This document shows, piece by piece, positions 1 to 8,057 of a DNA stretch of 44,793 bases (positions are counted from its first letter, which is position 1; every line of letters begins with the position of its first letter). Position numbers and translations under genes: made by a program. The DNA is from a candidate division WOR-3 bacterium (GTDB taxonomy: Bacteria; Hydrothermota; Tepidihabitantia; B3-TA06; JALVRC01), in NCBI GenBank assembly GCA_027025255.1, contig JALVRC010000046.1, positions 1 through 44,793 on the forward strand, read 5' to 3'. The notes beneath the pieces were generated by a model. That model was not told the origin of the DNA and did not search any database. It saw only the letters and a list, made by a program, of their open reading frames with translations.

Positions 1-225
1 CATCTACTCCTTTTAATAGTAAAACACATGGCTAACCTCTCTCTTGTTGCTAAAGAAATGGGAATTTCTTATCCTACATTAAAAAATAAGATGCTTGAAT
101 TAAAAAGGCGACTTGGATTTGAAAAGGATACTAAGGATACATTAGAGGTGCTTGAAAGAATAAATAAGGGAGAGATTGATGTTGATACAGCAATAAAAAT
201 CTTAAAAAGGAGAAGAAATGAATGA
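1..225 (+). CDS. DUF2089-like HTH protein, C-terminal part (5' end probably outside window)
   Basis: ORF track 28..225. The frame stays open back to base 1, so the ATG at 28 may be internal. GISYPTLKNKMLELKRRLG resembles the DUF2089 HTH core. The C-terminus has a SHOCT-like NKGEIDVDTAIKILK motif. Confidence 0.45.
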   Translation, partial: HLLLLIVKHMANLSLVAKEMGISYPTLKNKMLELKRRLGFEKDTKDTLEVLERINKGEIDVDTAIKILKRRRNE

Positions 226-1051
226 AGAAAAACAAAAGATACTAAAAATGCTTGAAGAAGGCAAAATAACCTCTGAAGAAGCTGTAAGGCTTATTGAGGC
301 CTTAACTGACGAAAATTTAGGAGTAGAGAATATAATAAATTCTATTTCCAAGATAGTGAAAAAGGAATTAAAAAAGGTTTCAGAGGTTATAGATAAATCA
401 TTTGATGTAAAAGAAGGCTTTAGACAAAAAACCAAAAGAGAATATACATTTAAGGGTATCAGTTCACTTAATATTGATATCCTATCAGGAGACACAAGTA
501 TTACAGGGACAGAAAAAGAAAATATTATTGTAAACACAGGAGGAAATGTAATTCAAAAAGAAGAAACGTTATTCATAAACTCACTCAATAAGGATATTGA
601 CTGTTTATCACCAAAAAATATAAATATACGGCTAAAAGAACTTTCTGGTGACAGCATGATTGAAAATATATACGGCGATATATTAATACAAAATCATTCC
701 GGTGATTGTACATTAAAAAATATAGAAGGGAACATTAACATAAAAGCAACTGCTGGCGATATTCAAATAGAGCATATAATGGCAAATATATCAATTGACG
801 TAGTTGGAGGAGATGTATACATAGAACACAGTGAAAACTTAGATGGCAATATAAACGCAGTTTCAGGAGATATAGTGCTTTCAAAGATAAAAAATGTTAC
901 CATACATGCTGAAACCAGATACGGAGAGATAAAGATAGCGAACAAACATGAAAAAATGAAAAGAAAAAACAAACATACTATTGGTGATGGGCCTTACATA
1001 TTGTATGTTAAAACAAAATCAGGAGATATCATTATAAAGGAGGCAGAATGA
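218..1051 (+). CDS. LiaX/YvlB-like protein: N-terminal SHOCT-like helix plus DUF4097-type beta-helical repeats
   Basis: N-terminus EEKQKILKMLEEGKITSEEAVRLIEAL. The C-terminal two thirds hold repeated short (S/G/A)GD(I/V/T)x(I/L) strands (LSGDTSITG, LSGDSMIEN, HSGDCTLKN, TAGDIQIEH, VGGDVYIEH, VSGDIVLSK, KSGDIIIKE). Overlaps the upstream ORF by 8 nt. Confidence 0.6.
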   Translation: MNEEKQKILKMLEEGKITSEEAVRLIEALTDENLGVENIINSISKIVKKELKKVSEVIDKSFDVKEGFRQKTKREYTFKGISSLNIDILSGDTSITGTEKENIIVNTGGNVIQKEETLFINSLNKDIDCLSPKNINIRLKELSGDSMIENIYGDILIQNHSGDCTLKNIEGNINIKATAGDIQIEHIMANISIDVVGGDVYIEHSENLDGNINAVSGDIVLSKIKNVTIHAETRYGEIKIANKHEKMKRKNKHTIGDGPYILYVKTKSGDIIIKEAE

Positions 1052-1218
1052 AAAGTATTTTATTTGCTCTTATGTTAATAGCAATTGGAGCCTGGATATG
1101 GCTCTCTAACTTTGGGATATTAAGCTTTGTATGGGCAAGGGACTGGCCTGTAATAATCATAGCAATAGGGATATGTACTATACTGGATGTTTTGTTTAAC
1201 AAAAGGAAGAGATCATGA
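1048..1218 (+). CDS. 56-aa two-TM mini-protein, LiaI/LiaF-TM-like (DUF5668-like); absent from the supplied ORF track
   Basis: My translation: MKSILFALMLIAIGAWIWLSNFGILSFVWARDWPVIIIAIGICTILDVLFNKRKRS. SD AAGGAGG at 1037-1043, 4 nt before the ATG. ATGA overlaps at both ends (1048-1051 and 1215-1218). Clear paralog of the N-terminus of the next ORF. Confidence 0.7.
   Translation: MKSILFALMLIAIGAWIWLSNFGILSFVWARDWPVIIIAIGICTILDVLFNKRKRS
1084..1109 (+). repeat. 26-nt exact direct repeat, copy 1 (attggagcctggatatggctctctaa)
   Basis: Identical to 1254-1279. Lies in phase inside the first TM helix of the 56-aa ORF (IGAWIWLSN). Confidence 0.9.
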
Positions 1219-1475
1219 AAAAAGCTATATATTTAGGAATAGTCCTAATAATCATTGGAGCCTGGATATGGCTCTCTAATTTAGGAATCGTAATAATAAA
1301 TTTTTCAAGGGATTGGCCTCTGCTTATTATACTACTTGGTATTTATATTGTATACGTAAGAATCAAATCACCTAAAAACAAGATTTTACATATTCTTAAA
1401 GATTTAAATAATGGCAAAGCAACTGTAGAAGAAACGATATTGAAGATAAAAGAAATAAAAAACAGAGGTAAATAA
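1215..1475 (+). CDS. two-TM LiaF-TM-like (DUF5668-like) protein with C-terminal SHOCT-like motif
   Basis: ORF track. N-terminus GIVLIIIGAWIWLSNLGIV...RDWPLLIILLGIY is paralogous to 1048-1218. C-terminus LNNGKATVEETILKIKEI. Confidence 0.6.
   Translation: MKKAIYLGIVLIIIGAWIWLSNLGIVIINFSRDWPLLIILLGIYIVYVRIKSPKNKILHILKDLNNGKATVEETILKIKEIKNRGK
1254..1279 (+). repeat. 26-nt exact direct repeat, copy 2
   Basis: Identical to 1084-1109 and in the same codon phase. Confidence 0.9.
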
Positions 1476-1596
1476 GAATGTAATAAAATCAATTTAGCCC
1501 TATCATATAAAAAACCAGCAACTATTATACTATTGACATAGATAAATAAATTGTTAGCTTTTGCTTAAATCTCAAAAATAGTTAATCCTTTCCCCC

Positions 1597-1624
1597 TTGA
1601 CTTATACCTATAATTAAGTATAAT
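1597..1624 (+). promoter_or_regulatory. sigma70-type promoter (TTGACT-N16-TATAAT) for the lipoprotein gene
   Basis: TTGACT 1597-1602, TATAAT 1619-1624, then AGGAGG 1631-1636 and ATG 1641. Confidence 0.5.
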
Positions 1625-1640
1625 ATACAAAGGAGGATGT

Positions 1641-3260
1641 ATGAAAAAGATTTTAATATTTATAAGTTTATTCACTTTCGCTTGTGAGAATGCAGACAAT
1701 AATGAACCTAATGTAGAAAAAGGTGATATCGTCATTGTTTTTCCAAAAGATAATGATACAATAGCCGGGCTTACTTACATAAAGGTTAAATTTGATAAGG
1801 CTTCCAATTACTCACTTTTACTTGATAATGATACAGTATATACAGGGAAGGATGACAGTTTAGTACTTAACACTCCGGAAGGAGTTCATAAATTTATAGC
1901 TAAGTACAATAAAAACTTTGATACAGTTAATGTTTATGGATTAAGTTTTATCCCCGAACTTATATATCCTGAAAACGGAGATTCTACAAACGGGAAATTT
2001 ATTATAAAATCTTTAACAAAAGCCGCCTCATACACAATTGAACTCTCAGAAGATGAAAACTTCTCTAATATAGACCTATCAAAAACATCCAGTGATACTA
2101 CCTTTACCTTTGATTTAACAAATCTGAAAAAAGGATATTGGAGAGTATACGCTACAAATATCCTTGGATTTAAAGGTAATTATTCTAACCATAGTCTTTT
2201 CTACTTAACAAATGCGGATAGTGGAGATACCAACACTCCTTTCCATCCTGTTGATACAACCTATGGCGGGCCAAAGGACGATGAAGCCTATGATATGGAA
2301 CGTGATGGTAATAACTTTATTATTTGTGGATATACATCTTCCAGGGGAGCAGGTGGAAAAGATATATACCTTATAACGGTTGATAAATACGGGAGTATTA
2401 TATATGAAAATACCTATGGTGAAGCAAACGATGAGATTGGATTTACACTTGATATTTCCAGTGGATTTTATGTAATAGGCGGCTACAAAGATAATGGCAC
2501 AGAAAAATTCCCTTATATCTTAAAGCTATCAACCAATACAAAAATATGGGATAAGAGTTTAAATATTGAAGGAGGAGAAATAAGGGATATTACATTCTTT
2601 GATAATAAATATTTTTTTGCAGGTAGAACACTTGACGAAAAGGCATTCTTCGGTGCAACTGACAAAAATGGAAAAGAAATTTTTACAAAAACAATAGCTG
2701 ACGCAGCTTTTTATACCTTAGAGATTCTAAACAATAATATTTTCCTCGCAGGATATAAAAAAGATAACGTAAACAAGGCATACATTGTAAAAACTGACCT
2801 TTCAGGAAATATAAAAAAAGAAATAACTCCTTCTGAAGGACGCTCAACTATTTATGATATAAATTCATATAATGGAATGCTTTACTTCACCGGGTATAAC
2901 TCTGGCTCTGGATACAGTGATGTTTATGTCCTTTCAACTAATGAAGAATTCTCTCCTATTTCCAGTAAGGAAATTGGAGGTCTAATGGGTGAAGATTGGG
3001 GATTTAAAATAGACATATATAACGGCTTTCTATATATATCTGGCTTTACTCAATCGTATGGAGCTGGACTTTACGATGTATATCTTTTAAAATTATCCCC
3101 CTCACTTGAATTAAAATATGAATGGTATACAGGAGGAAGCGAGAGTGAATGGGGGTATGCCTTAAAAGTTAACAACTACGGGATAGCTATTACAGGAATG
3201 ACAAACTCAAAAGGAGCAGGGATAAGAGATGTCCTCTTTATTCTAAAGAAGGATAACTGA
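1641..3260 (+). CDS. secreted lipoprotein with N-terminal Ig-like region and about 7 beta-propeller-type repeats
   Basis: Signal/lipobox-like MKKILIFISLFTFAC. Seven degenerate repeats of about 45 aa built around G(Y/F/M)T.S.GAG..D(I/V)YL(I/L)K (GYTSSRGAGGKDIYLITVD, GFTQSYGAGLYDVYLLKLS, GMTNSKGAGIRDVLFILK, GYNSGSGYSDVYVLSTN and others). Confidence 0.55.
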   Translation: MKKILIFISLFTFACENADNNEPNVEKGDIVIVFPKDNDTIAGLTYIKVKFDKASNYSLLLDNDTVYTGKDDSLVLNTPEGVHKFIAKYNKNFDTVNVYGLSFIPELIYPENGDSTNGKFIIKSLTKAASYTIELSEDENFSNIDLSKTSSDTTFTFDLTNLKKGYWRVYATNILGFKGNYSNHSLFYLTNADSGDTNTPFHPVDTTYGGPKDDEAYDMERDGNNFIICGYTSSRGAGGKDIYLITVDKYGSIIYENTYGEANDEIGFTLDISSGFYVIGGYKDNGTEKFPYILKLSTNTKIWDKSLNIEGGEIRDITFFDNKYFFAGRTLDEKAFFGATDKNGKEIFTKTIADAAFYTLEILNNNIFLAGYKKDNVNKAYIVKTDLSGNIKKEITPSEGRSTIYDINSYNGMLYFTGYNSGSGYSDVYVLSTNEEFSPISSKEIGGLMGEDWGFKIDIYNGFLYISGFTQSYGAGLYDVYLLKLSPSLELKYEWYTGGSESEWGYALKVNNYGIAITGMTNSKGAGIRDVLFILKKDN

Positions 3261-4560
3261 CACGTTTTAACAAATAAATCCCATCTTTTTTAAAAAGCGT
3301 TATATAGCCTGAACCCAGAAGAGTGTCAATATAAGTGTATCTTTTATCCCATTCAAGAGGATACACATTACCCTTTTCTAAATCAATAATGATATAAGAG
3401 GCTTTGTTAAAAGGAATAAGTGATATGCTATCTCGTTCGCAAAGATGAGGTAATATGCTATTACAAGCAGATACTGAAACATCCCCGGGAATTACACAAA
3501 TAAGACTATCAATAGTCTCTATACGTTTAAATGATTGTCTCAAAGGAAAAAAATCAGGCAAGTATAGTAAGTTAAAGAAAAAAGCAACAACAACCATTAC
3601 CCTTAAATAATCTCTCTTTACGTATCTTATGCCATTTATCATAGAAAATACGATGAACGGTATAATAAGATCACTATACTGGTAATCAAGTAAATACCTA
3701 TGAAAATAAGAGCTTGAAAGATGTTCAAAAAGAGGAACAATCGCTGGGATAAGCTCAATAGGGGCAAAAAGGATAACTCCACCGGTAGAAAGAATGATTC
3801 TTACTACACTCCATAATCTCTTAAACATAACATCTAAAGAAAATGTATTCAAACTATTAGCATAATGTATGTTCCACATTGTTTTTAGACCTCCGCCAGT
3901 ATAAGGGAAGATAAGGGAAAAAACAACTGCCACAAAGACAATTGAACCTACAATCCATACAACTAAAGGCATTATGGTCTTCTTTTCGTACGATAAATAG
4001 AGCCCCATGCCTAACCACACAACAACAGTATCCTCTTTTAACAGGGCTAAAAGTAAGAAAGGCAGAAAAAAGAATTTATTATCATTCATCAAGAGATACA
4101 GCCCCAGAAGTATTAAGGGAATCCCTATTGTTTCCGGATGAAAATCAAAAGAGAATTGAGAAAGGAAAAATTGATTAGTAATAAACAGGAAAACGATTAG
4201 TATTGTTTTTTCTTTCCCAATCTTCAGTTTCAATGATATAAGATAAACTAAATAGACACTAAAAAAAACCACGAGTGCTTTTATAATTAAAAGCAGGTAA
4301 ACAGAACCAAAAATAAATGTTAATGGGGCAAGAAGTATACTTATGGGATGAAAATGAGCAAAGAAGCCATGATGAGCAAATATCCCATCATATATCTTAC
4401 AATGATTTGAAATATTGTAAAGAATATTTGCTCTTATTCCGAGGTCATAAGCACCTGTATTGTATGTAATATGCTGAAAAATCTTTACACATAATGCAAG
4501 TATCCCTAAAATAAAGGATAGTGTTAAAAACAGGCTATGCTGTTTGAGGCTCTTTAACAC
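3238..4560 (-). CDS. DUF2079-like polytopic membrane protein
   Basis: Multiple TM helices. N-terminal YDLGIRANILYN...HHGFFAHFHPISILLAP resembles the DUF2079 signature. Converges on and overlaps the lipoprotein gene end by 23 nt. Confidence 0.55.
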   Translation of the reverse strand: MLKSLKQHSLFLTLSFILGILALCVKIFQHITYNTGAYDLGIRANILYNISNHCKIYDGIFAHHGFFAHFHPISILLAPLTFIFGSVYLLLIIKALVVFFSVYLVYLISLKLKIGKEKTILIVFLFITNQFFLSQFSFDFHPETIGIPLILLGLYLLMNDNKFFFLPFLLLALLKEDTVVVWLGMGLYLSYEKKTIMPLVVWIVGSIVFVAVVFSLIFPYTGGGLKTMWNIHYANSLNTFSLDVMFKRLWSVVRIILSTGGVILFAPIELIPAIVPLFEHLSSSYFHRYLLDYQYSDLIIPFIVFSMINGIRYVKRDYLRVMVVVAFFFNLLYLPDFFPLRQSFKRIETIDSLICVIPGDVSVSACNSILPHLCERDSISLIPFNKASYIIIDLEKGNVYPLEWDKRYTYIDTLLGSGYITLFKKDGIYLLKRVSYPSLE

Positions 4561-5785
4561 CTCTTAAAAGAAGACCTCCAATAATAAAAAACATAACAAG
4601 CGCAATTATAGAAAATCTACCCTGTCCTGTTAGTTGAGCAATTATGGCAAAAGCTAAAGGACCTATAACATTTGCAAACTTTCCGCTCATAGAGAAAAAC
4701 CCGAAAAACTCTGCTGAACGTTCTACAGGTATCAATCTTCCGAAAAGCGATCTGCTCAAAGCCTGTGCTCCTCCCTGGACGGTACCTATCACAATTGCCA
4801 AAATATAAAATTCCCAGGCGTTTTTCATAAAGAACCCCCATATCACAACACCGGTGTATACAAAAAGTGTAATAAATATGCCTGTTTTAGTCCTTATGTA
4901 TTTTGTAATAAAGCCAAAAAGCAGGGTAAATGGTATCCCGACAAACTGAGTAATAAGTATTGCTATTATGAGATCATTCATACCAATCCCTATTTCTGTC
5001 CCGTATGCAACAGCCATTTTTATAACAGTACCAATCCCATCATTGTATAACCAATAAGCAATCAAAAACTTAAATGCTTCTTTATATTTTCTTATCTCTT
5101 TAAACGTATCTACAAACCTTTTAAATCCAAGCGTTATATAATGTGATATCTTTAATTTTTCTTTCCTTTTCGTTTCTTTATAAAAAATTATCAATGGCAG
5201 TGCAAAGATAAACCACCATAATGAAACTGTTATAAAAGAATATTGCGTTGCCTTAAACTTATCATAAATACCAAAAAAAGATGGCTTAAGAATCATAAAA
5301 ACGTTCAAGGCCAATAAAAGACCACCACCAAGATAGCCTGCTGCAAACCCTGAAGATGAAACCCTATCTATATTACTTTTTGAAGATATATGGGGAAGTA
5401 TACCATCATAAAATATATTTCCTCCAGCAAATCCGATAAAACTTAGAATAAATAATACTGATGCGAAAACAATCTCTCCTTTATCAATAAACCCCATAAG
5501 GAATGTTGAAACAATACCAATAATCATAAAGAATATCAAAAAACGCTTACGTGATGTTGATATGTCACTTATTGCTCCCAATACCGGTGCAAAAATTGCA
5601 ACAATTAAAACAGCTACGAAATTACTATACGACCACCATACTGTTGAATGCACCTGAGACATGCCAGAGCCTGCTACGCTTTTATAGAAAGCCGGGAATA
5701 CTGCCGCCAATATGGTTGTTGCGTACGCAGAATTGGCCCAATCATACATTATCCATGAATTTTTTATCCTATCTCTAAAAAACAT
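4535..5785 (-). CDS. MFS transporter, UMF1/Atg22-like family
   Basis: N-terminus WIMYDWANSAYATTILAAVFPAFY is typical of UMF1. About 12 TM segments. Confidence 0.75.
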   Translation of the reverse strand: MFFRDRIKNSWIMYDWANSAYATTILAAVFPAFYKSVAGSGMSQVHSTVWWSYSNFVAVLIVAIFAPVLGAISDISTSRKRFLIFFMIIGIVSTFLMGFIDKGEIVFASVLFILSFIGFAGGNIFYDGILPHISSKSNIDRVSSSGFAAGYLGGGLLLALNVFMILKPSFFGIYDKFKATQYSFITVSLWWFIFALPLIIFYKETKRKEKLKISHYITLGFKRFVDTFKEIRKYKEAFKFLIAYWLYNDGIGTVIKMAVAYGTEIGIGMNDLIIAILITQFVGIPFTLLFGFITKYIRTKTGIFITLFVYTGVVIWGFFMKNAWEFYILAIVIGTVQGGAQALSRSLFGRLIPVERSAEFFGFFSMSGKFANVIGPLAFAIIAQLTGQGRFSIIALVMFFIIGGLLLRGVKEPQTA

Positions 5786-5817
5786 ACATAACCTCTCGTG
5801 TTTAACAGTTTAACATA

Positions 5818-6864
5818 CTAATAAAATATTAGTTGAAAAGGTACAGGTACGAATGAAAGAATAAACATCAATAATGCAAATATTAACAAAAATTTATCTC
5901 TTTTTATAAGTGGGCTTATCTCATCTACTAAAGGAGGATGCTTAAAGCCCAATAATAAAATCAAAAAAAGCCAGAACCACCATCCCTGCCATAAAAAACC
6001 CAAAAGAAATAAAATTCCTGCAACAGGATAAACAACGTATTTTCTATTTCTTGTAAGAAATCCATACAGTATATGTCCTCCATCAAGCTGTCCTAAGGGT
6101 AAAAGATTCAAGGCTGTAACAAAAAACCCAATCCATGCAGAAAGAGCTAAAGGATGAAGCATTATCTCAGTTCCAGGTGAAGTTTCTCCTTTCACAAGAT
6201 ATGTTAACAACAAAAAGATTAAAGAATCTCCTAATTTTATACCCTGAGTTGAAGAAGCAGGAACAATCGTTGAATAATGCAAGCCGATAAAGGCTGCAGG
6301 AATAGACAGTAAAAAACTCACAATAGGCCCTGCTATACCTACCTCAATAACTTCTTTTCTCGAAGGGATAAGACCTCCCATACGAATTACTGCTCCAAAT
6401 GTTCCTATCAAAGTAAAGGGAGCAGGAATAAAATACGGCAATGTAGCAGGAATATTATAGTACTTACAGACAAAATAATGACCTAATTCATGTCCTCCTA
6501 AAATAATAATTATACTCAAGGAAAATATAATTGCTTTTAAAACACCACCAAACATAAGTCCGGCAAAATACGTAGTGGCAAGTGTTAAAACAAAAAGGAT
6601 AACATTAATAATCGGTCTCTGTCTTATTGTCTTATTTGCTATAGCCTTGAGCTCAATAACGATTTCTTCTTTTTCTCTGTAAAGAAAAGGAACTATTGTA
6701 ATAGTAGCAGAGGCATCATAAATTTCTTTTATATGAGTTGCCCCATATCCAGGATAAAACGTACCTATAAGTTTCACTCCATACCTTTGAGGAATAATTT
6801 CTCTAATAGAAAAATATTTTTTTAAAGCCTCTATATACTTAGTAAAAATCACATTATCAGTCAT
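5818..6864 (-). CDS. M50 family site-2 metalloprotease
   Basis: HExxH motif (GGHELGHYF) in a TM helix and a second motif NLLPLGQLDGGHILY. Confidence 0.8.
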   Translation of the reverse strand: MTDNVIFTKYIEALKKYFSIREIIPQRYGVKLIGTFYPGYGATHIKEIYDASATITIVPFLYREKEEIVIELKAIANKTIRQRPIINVILFVLTLATTYFAGLMFGGVLKAIIFSLSIIIILGGHELGHYFVCKYYNIPATLPYFIPAPFTLIGTFGAVIRMGGLIPSRKEVIEVGIAGPIVSFLLSIPAAFIGLHYSTIVPASSTQGIKLGDSLIFLLLTYLVKGETSPGTEIMLHPLALSAWIGFFVTALNLLPLGQLDGGHILYGFLTRNRKYVVYPVAGILFLLGFLWQGWWFWLFLILLLGFKHPPLVDEISPLIKRDKFLLIFALLMFILSFVPVPFQLIFY

Positions 6865-7618
6865 TTTTTAATCCGGATAAAAAGGTATATCCACCATTCA
6901 CCCAATTATTTAGCATATCATCTAAATGTTTTATAAACCTATAAAAGGACAAAGGAGCCTTTATCCTCCCCTGTAGTTTAAAAAACAAAGGATTATATGT
7001 TTTAATAAACAAAGGAGTAAAGAAGTCTTTAAAGACCCTGATTATCTCAATGCCACTAACCTCTTCAAAGGGAGAACGCATCTCTTTCCTTCTACTTAAG
7101 CCTTTCAGAATTCTTACTCTCTCATAAGAAAACAAAATAAGCATAAGTCCCATGAAATATTCCCTGAACCTTCCAATACCTATATAATCATTTACTAAAA
7201 ACATCCCCTTTTTAGAAAGCCATTTATGGATTTTCTTATAAAGCCCATTAATATCAGGGATATGATGAAGGCTGTCCCATGCTATAACTAAATCAAAGTA
7301 GCCTTCATCAAATTCTAACTCAAGAATATTTGCATTTATGAACTGAGCCTTAAGCCCCCTATTTTTAGCTTTCTCAATACGCTTTCTGGATATATCCACA
7401 CCTATATACTCTCCTCTAATGCTTAGTTCATCTGCAAGCCAACCATCTCCACACCCTATTTCAAGAACCCTCTTAGGATTTCTCTTTTTTACAATACTTA
7501 TAAATTCTTTTTTTATACTATCAAAGAATATAGAGACTATTCGTTCATATTGCCAGGGATTCTGGATAAGGGTCTCAGGACTATCCCAGTACTCTGCCTC
7601 TTTTAAGAATAAATCCAT
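6857..7618 (-). CDS. class I SAM-dependent methyltransferase
   Basis: Motif I VLEIGCGDGWLA, followed by DLVIAWDSLHHI. Confidence 0.75.
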   Translation of the reverse strand: MDLFLKEAEYWDSPETLIQNPWQYERIVSIFFDSIKKEFISIVKKRNPKRVLEIGCGDGWLADELSIRGEYIGVDISRKRIEKAKNRGLKAQFINANILELEFDEGYFDLVIAWDSLHHIPDINGLYKKIHKWLSKKGMFLVNDYIGIGRFREYFMGLMLILFSYERVRILKGLSRRKEMRSPFEEVSGIEIIRVFKDFFTPLFIKTYNPLFFKLQGRIKAPLSFYRFIKHLDDMLNNWVNGGYTFLSGLKND

Positions 7619-7643
7619 AAAAAGCAGGGGCTAAGCCCCTGCT
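7619..7643 (-). terminator. GC-rich hairpin (9-bp stem AGCAGGGGC/GCCCCTGCT, 3-nt loop) with short T tract
   Basis: Stem 7623-7631 / 7635-7643. On the minus strand it follows the stop of the 7651-8049 gene. Its TTTT tail runs directly into the ATG at 7618. Confidence 0.5.
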
Positions 7644-7650
7644 CAATTTT

Positions 7651-8049
7651 TTAGAAGTTAAATTTTGTTGATAGAGCATAAATGCCAAAGGGCATTTTCC
7701 ATGCTTTACCGGAAAGAGATTGAATTATACCTATTATTGCAAGCACACCTAAACCCAGAAGACCTACAATCCACAAAATACCAGAAAGTGTAAGACAAAT
7801 AGGGAATCCAAAAGACATAACTAAAGCAGTATCAATCGCACCTGCGATTACACCTATTATTACCATTACAATTATAAATCCAAGATAATATAGAAGCAGT
7901 GCAAGCCCCTGTTTTGCATGAAACTGTGAATATTTATTCTCTTTCTGAGCTAAAAGAGGAATTAATAGGAACAGACCAAAATATGAAAGCCATGCAAGTC
8001 CCTTTCCTTCATTTATTTCTTCCTCACTAAACGTTAATTCTTCTGACAT
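7651..8049 (-). CDS. DUF4870-like small membrane protein
   Basis: LAWLSYFGLFLLIPLLAQKENKYSQFHAKQGL matches the DUF4870 pattern. Has 3-4 TM helices. SD GGAGG upstream. Confidence 0.55.
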   Translation of the reverse strand: MSEELTFSEEEINEGKGLAWLSYFGLFLLIPLLAQKENKYSQFHAKQGLALLLYYLGFIIVMVIIGVIAGAIDTALVMSFGFPICLTLSGILWIVGLLGLGVLAIIGIIQSLSGKAWKMPFGIYALSTKFNF

Positions 8050-8057
8050 AAAACCTC

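Noticed and set aside
202-537. 111-aa minus-strand ORF overlapping the DUF4097 gene, and similar antisense ORFs at 763-972, 3942-4178, 4617-4841, 5551-5778, 8237-8516, 9606-9863, 22682-23023, 33307-33660, 38752-39099 and 40475-40861
   Set aside because: All lie wholly inside better-supported genes on the opposite strand. They have low-complexity or unrecognisable products and no SD or promoter. In AT-rich, purine-skewed coding DNA such shadow ORFs are expected.
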